The notes below the pieces were generated by a model. The model saw only the letters and a program-made list of their open reading frames with translations, made no database searches and was not told where the DNA came from. The position numbers and the translations under genes were made by a program. A DNA stretch of 64,000 nucleotides from Batkoa obscura (taxonomy: Eukaryota): assembly GCA_030770535.1 (NCBI GenBank), contig JASVEC010000010.1, positions 496,001 through 560,000 of the forward strand, written 5' to 3'. This document shows positions 1 through 13,692 of the stretch, piece after piece. Within the stretch, counting starts at the first letter, position 1. Each line of letters opens with the position of its first letter.

Positions 1-576
1 TAAAATGCTAGATTTTTATGCAAACCAACTTTGGCGCTTTTTGTGTTTGATTTATCTAATTATCGCAGTTACTATGGTATTTATTAAATTAAGAAAAAGC
101 TTGAATTTTTTTAAAAATAATTTAAATACGGAGTCAACTAATTCTACTCAATGTATTAATACAATTAAACTATTAGGTTATAGAATGTAAGTCAACTTGT
201 TACTATTGCTACTATTAATCAATTAACTAATATATAATTTAGTTTGTTATATCCATCAATTATGATATTTTGTCAATTTCCTGGAATAATTTCTCAATTT
301 TATTATGATCTTACGGATGGCGAAAGTATAGCTTTAGATCAATGGTCTTTAATTGTATTACCTTTTGCTGGTATATTGAATTTTCTTGCTTTTTGTATTG
401 ATCCAACAGTACAATCTGCAATTAAAATCGTTTATTTTAGAATCAAAAAGAGAAACTCAACCTCAAATGAACAAACGGATACTGAAAATAATGATAACTC
501 TATTAAGTTAGATACTTTGGATCAAGTGGATAATGTTAATCAACGTATTACTAATAGTTTCATTAAATCTTTGTAA
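1..576 (+). CDS. 3' part of a 7TM GPCR-like protein (partial at window start; intron 187-242)
   Basis: Removing the GTAAGT...TTTAG intron joins the 61-aa and 110-aa ORFs as YRILLYPSIMIFCQFP. Hydrophobic TM5-7-like segments end in GILNFLAFCIDP. Confidence 0.7.
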
Positions 577-1502
577 CAAATAAATACCCCTCTACTTATG
601 CATATTCACATAATTCTTAGTAAAAATTTATAAAGTAAAATAAAATAAAATTTAAATTGTTTATATTATTTTTGTGTTTTATTGTTGTTATATTTTCATA
701 TATTTCAATGGAGTTTATAGTTCTATATCATTTATAAGTGGCTACAACTGGTTGTTTTATTTACCAATAAAACATAATAGTTCTAGACCTAATCCTCTCT
801 AACGCTAATGCTAACCAGTATAAATCAGTCAATTTCACTAAAACATAGATAACCGAGATTCGTATTTATTTATAGGATCTATAAGGCAATTTATTAGCCC
901 TATAAGACTTTAGATAATTGAAATAAAGAACAATTTGATAGGAGTATTTTTGTATTTTTATATCTAATTTATAACAATGTTACAGTATGCCTTTATACTA
1001 TACTTTTACTTACCTTGGTATAGTACAAAGCGTTCGCCCTAACAGTATAGCTTATGAGCTGATACCTGCATAGGTAAAATTAACAACATACTTTAAAAAA
1101 GCTTTACGCAAGATCCTTGCGATAACAAATGTATCGAAGTTTGATCAGTTCACTAAAAACGTCTTCAAGTATACATAGAAGGTTGAAAGATCCAGTGATT
1201 TAAGGATCAAGTGCGTGTAAACCTTGACGAAAGTATCACTAACCAAGTAAATCTTAAAGCTACACAACTGGGATTATGATCCTATAGTAGTCCCATAAGC
1301 TGCCCAAATGTTTTTTCAATTTATATCTAGTGCTTATTTACCAACTTAATAGATAATCAATTATGAGAAAGTTTTGTGTACTTGGAAAATGTTGACTGGT
1401 TTATCGAATTGTATAACTTATAATATCACTGGTCATCTGATTGCAGGGCAATTAAATTTTGAGTGAAACACTAACATTCAAACAGTTTCTGGTAAAGTTC
1501 CA

Positions 1503-2156
1503 CAATATCTTGTTGGGCCGTCTTTTACTTTATAAGCGTTCTTATTTGTACTGGTATTGTTTTTATATACTTGGGACATGTTTTTACTATAAACTTATTC
1601 CATTCATGGTCATATCTTTCCGATAGTTCTTATGCATTTGTTGCTTTTTTCTTGTAACAGGAAATTTTCAGTTTTAACTCATGCCAAAGGTGCTCGATTG
1701 GGTTTAAACCAGGAGATTAAGCTGGGTATAGTAACACTTTAATTTCATTGCCTTTGAGCTATAATCTGGCAAGCTTGAAAGTATACTTGAGGCTATTATC
1801 CCGCTAAAAAATAAAGTTTTCAACCTCCATATTCGAGTATTCAGTAGTATCTTTGAATAGTATGTCGAGTATCTTACAATATAACTTAGCATCCATTTTA
1901 TCTTATATTTTATATTTATGACCAATGGCTTCCTACAACATGTAACTTCATACCATGAGAGATCCTCTTCTATGTTTAACAATTAAATCAATATGATGGT
2001 ATACAAGAGCGTTATCAAGGAATTTAAGGTAATAATTCACACTATCTGGTCTTTAAATGTTTATTTTTGTTTTAGCAATCTATATAGACTGTTTCAAGTC
2101 CTTAATAGTCTCTATAATAAGTAATTTTTTGCCTATTTATGGCAGTTTGTTTAACA
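1503..2156 (-). pseudogene. Decayed Tc1/mariner (DDE_3) transposase
   Basis: Minus-strand translation with stops gives KTKINI, VKHRRGSLMV*, KMDAKLYCKIL, F*RDN, VLLYPA*SPGLNPIEHLWHELK, EWNKF and KDGPTRY. These match the Tc1 motifs KHGGGS.MVW, QDN, WP.QSPDLNPIE.LW and KGG.T.Y in order. Confidence 0.85.
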
Positions 2157-2588
2157 ATATGGGGGTGTCCGAATTGATTTCATTCTTTTATCTAATTTTT
2201 GAACATTTCATATTTAAAAACACTGCTTAAAATTCTGTAAAAATAAATTCTTCACTAAAAGATAAAAGCACCTGACACGACTTTAAATTATTTTATTATA
2301 ACAAGTTAGCAGAACTTCTATTAAATTTAATAGAAATTCCCAGATTACTAAGGCTTTTACCAGTATAACTTATATATTGATATTAATCAAAGTTGTAGTA
2401 TGTAAATAAATATATACTCTTATAAAACTTTATTAAGAAATATCTATTATTGATTGCTTTGTAACTAAAATTTCAGATTTGCTGTCAAATAATAAATCAT
2501 TTTAGTGTTATAATTGCATTACTAATATATTGCTAATTTAATAAATAGCTGCATAGGAGGGGGTAGTTAGTCCCAAAACTATAATTAG

Positions 2589-3557
2589 CCGTGGGGCTGA
2601 CAAAGCGATATTTCACACTATTGATAACCTGGGTAATATTAACATTTAATAATTGATCCTGTCATCTAATAAACTACTTAGTGAATATTAAAACTTTTGA
2701 ATTTTCAGTTATTTTTACAAAATAAGCTAGAGTCAATTTTAATCTTTTTGATTTTTTATGAACTTTATAACTTTAGTTGGGATTGGATCTTTTTTTTTGT
2801 ATCTATGTTTTTACACTTTTAAAAAAATTATATCTGTTTTTCTATTAGCAATGTTTTACTAATTTTATTACACTCATAAATAAAAATCTCAAAATCTAAA
2901 ATTAATTTTTTTTATTTTATCTAATGCTTCAAAATCATTTTTCCATTGTAAAAGGTTTTTAGAATGTCTATTAACTATACTTTTTTTGTAGCGCTCAGCA
3001 AAAAAATTAAAATTAGAATTATTATTTAGCTTATAAATTTTTTAGTATCGAAAATAGTTTTTTGTATCTCCTCATATATTAATTTTTATAAACTTTTTAG
3101 ACAAAAATTCTTCAAATATTAAATAAATTGAATAATTTTTTCCATATGGGGAGTATTTTTTTGGCTTCATTACTTTTTCCATCTTTTAAACGCTATTTGA
3201 GTGGAAAAGTTACCAGCAAAATTCTTAAACACAAAAATACACCCTCATATACTGATTTATAATTTAAAATTTTAAATAAATATTAAAGTAAACTTTGCTT
3301 ATTATTTTATCATTTTTTAATATAAAATACCAAACCATAACGCTGATATAGTTCGTTTATTGTAATAATCTAATTTGTTAAATATATTTTTAAGTATCAG
3401 TATAAAGTTCATATTATTTACCTTTTTTCTTATTGAAAGATTTTTCTATCTCTATTTTATTTTCTATTATTCTATTTATTTTATTTTTATTTTTTTAAAA
3501 CTGTGTATCAGGTATATATACTATATAGTGTGAAATATCGCTTTGTCAGTCCCATGG
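2589..3557. mobile_element. Nested TIR element (~33-bp TIRs; TTAG/TTAA flanks)
   Basis: CCGTGGGGCTGACAAAGCGATATTTCACACTAT at 2589 and its inverted copy ending at 3557 (2 mismatches). Confidence 0.7.
3148..3246. mobile_element. MITE family A copy 1
   Basis: GGGG..CCTC ends, ATAT duplicated on both sides. Confidence 0.85.
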
Positions 3558-4036
3558 TTAATTATTGCATAACAATCGCCTAAGCTGCTGTGTTCTCGAG
3601 TTCAGAGAAAATCAATCCCATGTTCTTATTTTGATTTGTTATGAGAATTTCTAGCTCCATCCAAAAGAATATTCTCCCCTCGTTTTGATATTTATACTTA
3701 TCGTAGTATAAAAGAGATTCTAAAACATAACAGCTCGAGGGTTTTTAACTGAATTATTCCCTGATATCTCGAACATTTAATAAAGCCATTAAGTTTTCTT
3801 AATAGTATTTTACGTAGATTTTACATTAGTATTATCTATTCTATTTGTCTTATATAGCTTGTAACCTATTACGTGCTATTCCTAATAATCCAAGTCTATC
3901 TTAGTCACATAAACTAAGACCTTTCGACTTATAGTGTAGTCAACCCAGTAATGGCTGTTCTTGATTCCAAACCCTGAGTACCAGATTTCACAATAGATAT
4001 GTTTTTTTATTATGTTTTTGAAATTATTTAATAAAT

Positions 4037-4131
4037 GGGGATATATTTTTGTGTTTAACAATTTTACTAACAGTCTTTCCATTCAAATAATACTTAAGAT
4101 GGAAAAAATAATAAGTCAAAAAAACACTCCC
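4037..4131. mobile_element. MITE family A copy 2
   Basis: GGGG..TCCC ends, AAAT duplicated. Confidence 0.85.
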
Positions 4132-4449
4132 AAATAGTAAATAACCCAATAACAATGACTGAAAGTTATTAATAAAATACTATTTTTAATAAAAGATTAT
4201 GTATTTAGTCGTTTAAATCATTTATAGAAATAAAACTAAATATAATAACATATTCAAAAGATAACAGCAATAAATTATTGGTATTATTAAAATAACGGAA
4301 TTTAAAAAAAGCTTCGGAGGGATAATAGAGTTGAATTTAAACGAGTTAAACATGTGTTAATTATATCTATACATTGGTAAAATAGTTTGATATTATTAAA
4401 ACAGGAAAAATAAAAGCATAACAATGGATAAATAAATATAATAATTTTT

Positions 4450-7400
4450 TTATTCTTTAAAATAAGTTAGAATTAAAGTATAAAAACTGGGTAATAATTT
4501 AGGTATAGTATCAATACCTTTTGGATAAGGCTCTTGAGATATATTTTTTATCTCTTTCTTTTTAATAAATGAATTAATTTTTTTAATACTGTCTTCACTG
4601 GTAATTGTGTAATTAACATTTTCATTATTATTTTTTTCATTATTCGAATTGATATTACTATTAGTATTAGCTGTATCATTTAAATAAATCAACATAGGCT
4701 CTGATGGATTAGCATTAATAATAGATTGTTGATTAATATCAACATTGTTATTATTATTATTATCACCATTATTATTATTGAAATGATCAATTTCTTGTAA
4801 TTCTCTTAAATCATCTAATGTAATATTACCAAAACCAAAATCACTAACCGAATTCCTTCTGTTATCATTGAAATCAAGTTGTTGAAATTCTTCTTCAACA
4901 ATTTGCATATCAGTATCATGCTCACCAACGGTCATCAGCTTCTTTTTTAAATTATTGATTTGTCTTTGTTTTCTTTTAACTGTAAATCGATTTAACAGTT
5001 TTAAATCCTTCCTTAATCCTTTATTAAATTCTTCATCCTGTTTACTTTCATCTACAATTTGTTGTAAATTAATTTCTTTCTCAACAATTCCATTACGAAT
5101 GGAATTTAATATTTTTTCTGCCCAGCTCAATATATTTTTAAACAATCCATTACTATTATTGGAATAAATTGAATGTATAAAGTGATAAAATTCCTGTTCA
5201 TGACGCTCAATTAATTTAATAAATAATTGTAACTGACCTGCTTCTAAATTTTTATCGATTTCTCCTGTTTGTACTTTTTTGATTACTTCAATTAAATCAT
5301 CCACGAATAGCGATGTTTTCATTATAAAATCAGATACATTAGCATCCTAATAATTTTGTTATTATAATTAATTATTATATCAATTTGAATTATTACCTTA
5401 TAAACTTGGGCTAATGGTCCATAAAAAATAGCCAAAAGATCTTTCATTAATTCACCTGTAACTCCTTGAAACATTAAATTTGAAATTGCCTCCGAATCTC
5501 TTTTTCTTGTATATAATATAAATAATTGATTTAATGCTTCTAAGAAGTAATATTCTTGATAAATCAAATTGCCATTTTGATCGCTTAAAACTTGTGGATT
5601 CTCGTCTTTAAAATATGATATTAATATTAAATTATATATTTGAATAAAGTTAAATTAAGTGAATTATTACCATTAATATATTGTTCCATCCATTGTTTTG
5701 CTTTTGAATAATTAATAATAGAATCAGCAGTTAATTCTGGTTCAATGTCAAAATCATTAATAATTAGATTAATTCTATCAAATTCCGACATTTCTTCTTC
5801 AAACTTTGAGTTACTACTTCTCTTATTAGGGGAATAAACAAAATTTTTAATTTTATTACAAATCGCTTCATCATTTACTTTCTTTTCTATATTTTCAATT
5901 TCTTTTTGTGTATCTTTTGCCTGATCCATTAATGAAGCTGTTAAAATTCTTTGTAATAAAGAATTAGAGCCAAAAGGTTGTGCTAATAATAAATCAATAA
6001 TTCCTTTAACAATAGAAGTTGGATTTGTATATTTTAAAATTGTCGAAATGGTACGATAAGGTAACAATTTATGAGTAGAACATAATGCTTGATAAAATCG
6101 TGCACTATCATCTGTAGTACAAAAGAAAGTATATAAAAAAGAAGCTAAATTTAGTTTTCCCCATTCAAATGCGCCTTTATAATGGGCTGGTAATTGCTGC
6201 ATTTCACTTGTGTTTCTTAATATACTTTCAAATTCATCTAAGCCTCCTAATTTATTTATTTAATATAATGATATACTATGTAATAAACAAATTCAATACT
6301 TACCTGGTTTCAATAACTCGCTTTTACATTCTTGCCATAACTTAGTATAATCTTTAGCTTTCTCTTTGATATAACTGGCATATTTCTTTCTATCTTCTGC
6401 TAAATTCAACATATGAATTTTACGTTGAGATATATCTTCTATATCTTCATTAGTTAATTCTTGTTGATTTTCATTCAAAAACTTATAAACTTCTAAATGA
6501 GATGCAATTTCTTGATCTGATAATAACCTTCTTAGCACTGACCTCAATGTCAATCGATCATTTTCTCGAAACATAAATGATTGCCCAGGAGTTTCTTTTA
6601 CTTTTGCAGGAAGTGCAGGTAACTCTTTTAATGGATATAATTTTCCTACTCTTTTTAATAAACTTTTAAAATCATCATATCTTTTAAGGGTATAAACCAC
6701 TTGATTGGATTCTTCTTTAGCTAACATAACAATAAATTTCTATTATTAAAAAAACAGATGATTATTTAGTATACTCGAATTAATTAAAAACTAAAAAAAC
6801 TTACTGCATGGCTTGAATTCATAAAAGTACCTTTGACTTCTTCAAGACGAACACCCACAATATCCACAAAGTATGGATTACCAACTCCTTTTTCACTATC
6901 TTTTTTTTCCATCTGACTTTCCTGAAGTAGATTTCTATTATCTTTCCCTTTTATTTCCTCTTTACCCACTGAAACACTTTGGCTTTCTTCTTTTTCCATA
7001 CCAAAACCATTCATATCCAAGGGAGTTGAATTATTAAACAGCAACACCAAAATTTTAATGAATCTCAATGTAAGGGCCTTTCTCTTTGTAGTATCTGATC
7101 TTTCAGCGTCCGATGATAACTCAGCCTTTTCAATTTCATCTTGGAATATTTCTAATTTATCCAAAAACTTTTCAACATCCGTTTGTTGTAAAAAAGGAAA
7201 GGTAAGTACATATTGATTAATGAAATACTTTAAAAAGGGGATCTCTTTTTCATTTTCGGAATTTAAAGTGTCATTTCTTATCGCTCGTACCATATTATTA
7301 TTTAATAAATACTCTGTTTCTTCAGTAATAGCTCGGGTTATTAAGTCCCTTTTAAGTTGTACTGCCTGTCGTGAGGTTAGCTTAACTGGTGAGCTATCAA

Positions 7401-7476
7401 GCTCTTTTTCGTCAGTGTTGAAGGAAGGGGCTAGCAATTGATGAACTGCTGAGGTTGGGGAGGAGGTTTGTTCCAT
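4450..7476 (-). CDS. PX-domain / DUF3818 protein (yeast Ypr097w/Lec1-like); exons 7476-6805, 6739-6304, 6246-5671, 5605-5397, 5346-4450
   Basis: PX motif KRYDDFKSL..LPALP..RLTLR and DUF3818-type LLAQPFGSNSLLQRIL. GT-AG introns join five ORFs in frame. Confidence 0.8.
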
Positions 7477-7712
7477 TGTAATAAGATATATTTTCAACTA
7501 TAAGCAATAAAAACCAAAAATCAACGAGTTTATTTTATTGCAATTTTTTAAGTGCCAAGAGTTATTTAAATTTTAAAATAACACTAAAGGCTGAGTTTAT
7601 ATATTATTAAAATAATAAATTATAATTTTCCAAACATGAGATTATTTTAATTTAGTTCTTAAATCTGAAATTCAAAGTGAGTTAATAAAAATGCTATTAC
7701 TCAGTTGGAATT

Positions 7713-7992
7713 GATTACGTCAAAATTTATCATGAATTTTTTTATTATGAATTGAAGACAAACTTGAAAAATTTAACTAAATTGAATGTGAAAGCAAAGA
7801 GTTTAGCTGATTATGTCATGATTATAGTAAGTATTTGAACATTCCTTGAACTAAATACAATATTAATTGTAAACTGAAACAATAAATGGGGTTTGATTTG
7901 TATATAATTAAACTAATTGGATAATAGCTAATTAAAATTTATTAATGACGAGGAACTTTTTACACTAAAACTGAAATTGATGGATTACGTCA
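7713..7992 (+). promoter_or_regulatory. Two CRE/ATF-like sites (GATTACGTCA at 7713-7722 and 7983-7992) in a divergent promoter
   Basis: Exact 10-mer repeated in AT-rich DNA. TATAAA near 8038 upstream of the ATG at 8119. Confidence 0.45.
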
Positions 7993-8118
7993 GGATTAAA
8001 CGGAAAATATGAGACCTTGATGATGTTGATAAACAAGTATATAAAGGGTCGAGCGTTATACAGAGTATATAAGAAAAAAAACTATTTGTATTTGTAGATA
8101 TATTAACTTTTATTTAAA

Positions 8119-10457
8119 ATGCCAGAAATTCGTAACAAATTTGAAAAAGAATTCGCCCCTAAAGATAGCCAATATACCAAAGGTTTAAAAGTAGATGAAG
8201 TGGTTCAAACTAAAGATAATTTAACCACCGTCGCTGGTGCCTTAGGGTAAGTTTATTTGCTTTTTTTATAATAGTAGATATTAATTCTCTTTTAGTGAAG
8301 GTAAAATGCCAACTAGTGATCAGATAACTGGTGCTATTGATTCCCTTAAGGAAGGTGATAGCATTGTTTCTGAAGTCAACTTATCAGCTACTGGTCAAAA
8401 AGTAGCTGATCGTGTTGAAAACTTATTAGATTCAACTAAGCAATTAGTTGAAGAAAAGAACAAAGGTGATGTTATCCAACGTTTAATTCATCACGCTAAG
8501 CTTGCTTCTCAAGAACTTGACAGTAAGTTTCGTTTATTTGTAAATTATTCTTTTAATTAATATAATTTCAGCTGAAACTCCTGATGTATCTAAAGAAGCT
8601 GAAGATTCTCAAAAACTTCTTAGAAAAGCTTATAATGAACTTCTTGTTATTTCTAAATTAACCGTTACCAATAATGAATTCCGTAGTCTCTTGGCTGATT
8701 TGTATAACCTTGTCCGTGATGTCCTTAAAGATAATGTTCCTGGTGCTGAACATTTACCTACCGCTGATGATCTTACTGACAAACAAGGTAATCTTGACAC
8801 TGATAAGGCTAAGCGCTCTGCTGAACAATCTGCTAATAAGATGGCTGATGAAGCCCACGAGAACTTGGATGGTGATGCCAAAGATGTTGCTGATAAAGCT
8901 AGAAGAGGCGATACTAAAGGTTTAGAGGATACTGCTTCTAAACTTGCTGACAAGGCTGCACAAGAGCTCGGTAAGAAGGTCAAACCAGTTGCTGATAAGG
9001 CTGCTGCCGGTAACACCAAAGAAGCTGGTGATCACGCTAAACATGAAGCTAATAAGGCCTCCTCCCAAGCTCAAAGCTTAACTGAAGAAGCTAAGAAGCA
9101 AGCCGGTGACGCTTATGGCCAAGCTAAGAAAACTGCTGAGAACATTGTCAATGACTTACAACTTAGTGAAGAACAAAAGGAAAACCTATCCAATCGTTTA
9201 GTTGGTATCCTTGATGAAGTCCAAACCAACCGTGAAACTCAAAGAGCTATTGAAGGCCTCCTAAATGTATTAGCTAAATTAAGAAAGAATGCCCTTACTG
9301 CCGCTGAAAAGGCCAAAAGCAAAGCTGGTGCTGAGGTCGACGAATCTGATAACTTACAAGAAGCTTCGAGAAATGCCAAAAAGGCCGTTGAGAACTTCGC
9401 TGGTGGTCACAGTTTAGACAAACTCTTTGAAAGACTCTATGAGTTTGCTGAATTTGTTGAAAAGGACAAGGACTTGAACAAACTTATGCATGAAAATCAT
9501 GAGTTTATGATCAAGTCTCTTAAAGACAACAAATTTGTCCATCAAAAGGATTACACTGATAAGGCCATTGATCGTTTCGAAAAGACTCGTGACATGCTCC
9601 TTAACAAATACCGCCAACCCGTCCGCTCTGTTATGGATGAAGCTAGTGGCTTCATGAAGGACTTAAAGGAAGATCCAACTACTAACCGTATGGTTAAAGA
9701 TCTTGATGGTCTTACTCGTGAGCTATTCTTGGATGCCAATGGCAAACCAACCATCAAGTATGACTTACTTCAAGACTTCCAAAAATTCGTCCCTGTTCTT
9801 TCTAAACGCCTTGAGCTCCTTGAAATCCCAAGGATATCTGAACAAGATGATGATAATGAATACATCTTGGATAATATTAAACTCTCTTGTAGCAACATCG
9901 TCCCAAAGACTGTTAGAGTACGTACTGATACTGAATTTGATACTGAAGAAGAACGTATTGTTAATGCTGTGTCTATTAAGATGCAAGGTATCCAAGCTCA
10001 AGCTAGAGAAGTAGCTTTCTATTATAAGAGAAAGGTATTATTAATGAACATGGAAGATGCTGGTTTAGTTGATGTAGTTATTCCAAATGATGGTATGGAT
10101 ATTTTCTTAAAATTAGCTCCACCAGTTATCTCTACTTCAGATAAACCAAATCAAACTATTTCTAAAGATGAACGTCCGTTCCGTGTATTAGATTCACGCT
10201 GTCGTGTTAATGAAATCAATATCAAATTCCAACATACTAAATTTGGACCAATTTATAAGCTATTGAATAAAGTTATTCAAAGTCAAGTTAAGAGAGATAT
10301 TGAAAAGATGGTTGGAGAAGGTATTCGTAATTTCCTCGAAGGTATTGAAACAACAGTAACTCAAGGTATTGACTTGGGTAATAAGGATAAAACCTCTAAG
10401 CCATTAGATCCTAGCCCAGAAGGATGGAAATCTGATGCTTTCAATGTTAAAAAATAA
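8119..10457 (+). CDS. DUF5923/DUF4449 (HAM1-like, BPI/TULIP-like C-terminus) protein with an LEA-like Ala/Lys/Glu-rich insert; exons 8119-8246, 8296-8522, 8572-10457
   Basis: N-terminal GKMPTSDQI; C-terminal IPRISEQDD..YILDNI and AFYYKRK..MEDAGLVDV. Splice sites are in frame; codon usage is strongly biased. Confidence 0.75.
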
Positions 10458-10940
10458 GTCTGTTTTATTTAGCTAACCTTATTGAATAAATTATATTGCT
10501 TAAATTTTAATTTTCTAATATTTTTTTATACTAATAAATTATATAGCTACTAAAGAAAGGCTTAAAATTCTTATCTAATTTTTAGTTTAGATAAGGTTGA
10601 TAATCTTTTAGCACCGCTTAATAAAAATATATCTGTTACAATTCTATTGCAAACTAGTTTGCAGTAAATTTTAACCAGCTATTTGCTTATATAATTTCCA
10701 AAGCCTAATTTTTAGATTTTAGCAAGTTTTATTCTTAAACGAATAGTTAATTAGGTCGCAGATGAGCCTGTAACACTTGTAATTGATAAAGTATTGTTTT
10801 AGAGTAAAAGTTGGAATAAATTTAAGCCAATATTTTAAAATCATTTATAATATATTACTTTTCAATGTCTTTTATTATTACCATAAGAAACTATAGCAAA
10901 AAACTTAATAATAACAATTTGTATCAATGCTATTATTATT

Positions 10941-13557
10941 CTATTTTAATTTTAATTTTTTTAATAAAAAACTAACTATTATTGAGCATTCTTTTAACTT
11001 AGTGTTAAAATCATTATTAATATGACCCCCATCTTTTAACATATACAAGTACACATTATTTTCTCTTCTATACATTTCTACAAATTGCAAAATGTCCAAC
11101 AAATCCACTCTTAAATCCAACAAAGAAGCTACAATCAAAATATTATTATCAACGACCTTATTATCGTTTAAATAATTAAATTTGGATAATTGATTAATAA
11201 TATTTAAATTGTTTTCTAATGTACCCCATTCTTCAATTTCCATATTACTTAATTGATTTTCGTTTTCATTTTCAAGACTTTTTTGGATATTCAAAAAGGG
11301 TTTTTCTAATATAATACCTCTATATAACTCTAATAAAAAGATAATCAATTAGCGATATAATTAAATCTTATTTCTAATCTCATATATATAAAATACACTT
11401 ACCATTTTTCATATAAAATGAGTTCATACTAGCAATAGCACCAGCTGATACTGAATATAAAAATAGATTCTTAGTTGAATATTTTTGTTGAACAAATTCA
11501 GTAATTTGAATTAAATCCATAACCCCATTAAATTTTAATTCTTTTTTACTTTGATTGTAATAGTTAATTCCTAATTCACTACCTCCACTACATAAAATAA
11601 AATAAAATAATGTAATTAATATTATTAATACAATACTTACCGAATGTGAGCATAAATAATAATCCAACCCATATTAATTAAAGTATGAAATAATAATTTA
11701 TAATTTAATGATAAATTAACTCCATATGCCCCATAACTATAAATTAAGATTGGACGATATTTACTATAATAAATAAAATTAATAAGTGAATCTAGATTGT
11801 TATTATAATAAAGATTCACTTTTTTTTCATTAATTTTTGATTATAAATTATCGTTATTGGTATTGAAATCGAATTGTTATATATAAATTCACGTTCAAAT
11901 ATTATATCTATTTATTTATTATTTATTTATTGTTTATTTATTGTTTATTTATTGTTTATTTATTATATTTACCTTCATTCATATGAATATTACTATTTAA
12001 TTTTAATTTATTATCCATCAAATTTATTTTTATTTTCCTATCAGTAATAATTGGATTAGAGTAATAAAATTGAGTTATATTGGAATTATAATCCTATTGA
12101 TATTAATTAATAATAATATTATTATATACTATACTATACTATACTATACTATTATATTATATTTTGACTTACCAATTGATTACCATTAGGTAATATAGAA
12201 CCCAATTTAGGAAAATTATTAATATTAATCAATTTATTTGTTAAAAAAGAATAAATATACAATTGGTTTCTAAATTCATTATCTGTTGTATAAATTGCTA
12301 AATAATTCTACAAAAATATCATTATAAATAAATATAAAATAATAACAGTATTATTTAAAAACCTACTTTAAATACTTCCACTTCATTAATAAAGCAATTA
12401 TCAAACTCATTAAAATGTAATAATTCCCTTTTAGAATTGATTTCTTTTTGTAAATATAATTCCATTTTACCATTCAATTGATTTTGTATAAATAATATGA
12501 ATCCAAACTAACATTAATATTAATATATCAAATTAAATAATATTACAATATTATAATACGAATATTTACTTCATTCTTCTCCATAAAAAAATCCAAATTG
12601 GGCTGATATTCATGAAACAGTATAACTTTATCATTATCCTTATTTAACTCCAGTAAATGAATTTCACTACCTGATAAAGTATTACTATTAACTGTTAAAT
12701 AACACTAAAAAAAATCATTAATATGTAACAGAAATTTATATATTCTATAAAACTTGCTTGATCCCTCGTCACTCCAATATCCACAAAAAAATTCGTTCTT
12801 TTTTCATCGTATAAGATCTGTTTATCACCCCTCTTCTCATCCAGACACCAAACTTGATGAGCCCTTAATGTTGAATCCATTTTCGTGAAATAAACTTTAT
12901 TCTCTATAGCAATGGAATTAAACACTCCTTTCTCCTTAAAAATTACCTTTCTTTCTTTTAAATCATAATAAATTAAATAATAACTTTCTTCGTGTAATAA
13001 TTTCACCTGGAATTTCATTTTATGATTTAATAACTGTTGATTCTCAACCACTAACGACTTCATTTCAATTTTATTATAAACCCTTTCTTTCTCTAATATC
13101 TGCTCAACATCCCATAAAGTAAGTACTGGATACTATATAATAAATATAAAAATTCGAACTTGATACCTTGATTGTTTAATGGAATCTAATTATTAACTAC
13201 CTTTTTTTCAACACTTTTTTCCTTATACCAAACTTCCCCTTTTGATGTTAGATAGTAAGTTTTATCTCCTTCTTGATTTATTACTTTATCTTCTCCTGTT
13301 GTAACCTTATTTTGTTTTAATGTACTCATAATTAACTCATCCACATAATCTCTCTTTTTGTTTAACTGGCTATCTATATATACCTCTTCCTGTTTTATAT
13401 AGTTATTGAATTTGTTTTTGTCATTATATATAGTGATATCGAATTTCGGTACTTCGATAGAAGATCGGAACGAAGGTAATAAATTTTGAAAATTTTTATT
13501 AAAATTTTTGAGAGTGAATAAAGAATTTCGTTTTAATATGACATTGGTGAATTTCAT
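10941..13557 (-). CDS. Prolyl oligopeptidase family S9A (oligopeptidase B/PREPL-like), multi-exon, possible mitochondrial presequence
   Basis: YGAYG, AHIR|GGSELG, SVSAGA (catalytic Ser), EEWG, DLRV and GGH motifs; basic N-terminus. Middle exons are not fully resolved. Confidence 0.75.
11908..11966. repeat. Intronic TTTA/TTGTTTATTTA simple repeat
   Basis: Tandem units visible. Confidence 0.7.
12126..12150. repeat. Intronic (ATACT)5 microsatellite
   Basis: Tandem units visible. Confidence 0.8.
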
Positions 13558-13692
13558 TGAATCAAATAAAAAACAAATAATGATAAAAGTTAATTTTCAA
13601 AAGTGATTTACTCTAATTATTAACTGATCAAAACAAAGAATAGATTCACAAAAATGTTTAAGATAGAAAAAATATTTAATAAAATTAATTAA

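Larger units (their letters stand above)
2161..4000. mobile_element. Long non-autonomous element with a MITE-like GGGGGTGT end, copy 1
   Basis: Starts ATAT|GGGGGTGTCC and is colinear with 43695-44810 over its length. No intact ORF. Confidence 0.65.

Noticed and set aside
1020..1400. Minus-strand fragment IEKTFGQLMGLL, reminiscent of PIF transposase or XRN nuclease motifs
   Set aside because: One short motif with no supporting colinear motifs.
8630..10014. Antisense and alternative-frame ORFs over the DUF4449 gene (likewise over RPL2, the SDRs and the WD40 gene)
   Set aside because: Shadow ORFs caused by codon bias or low complexity of the real CDS.
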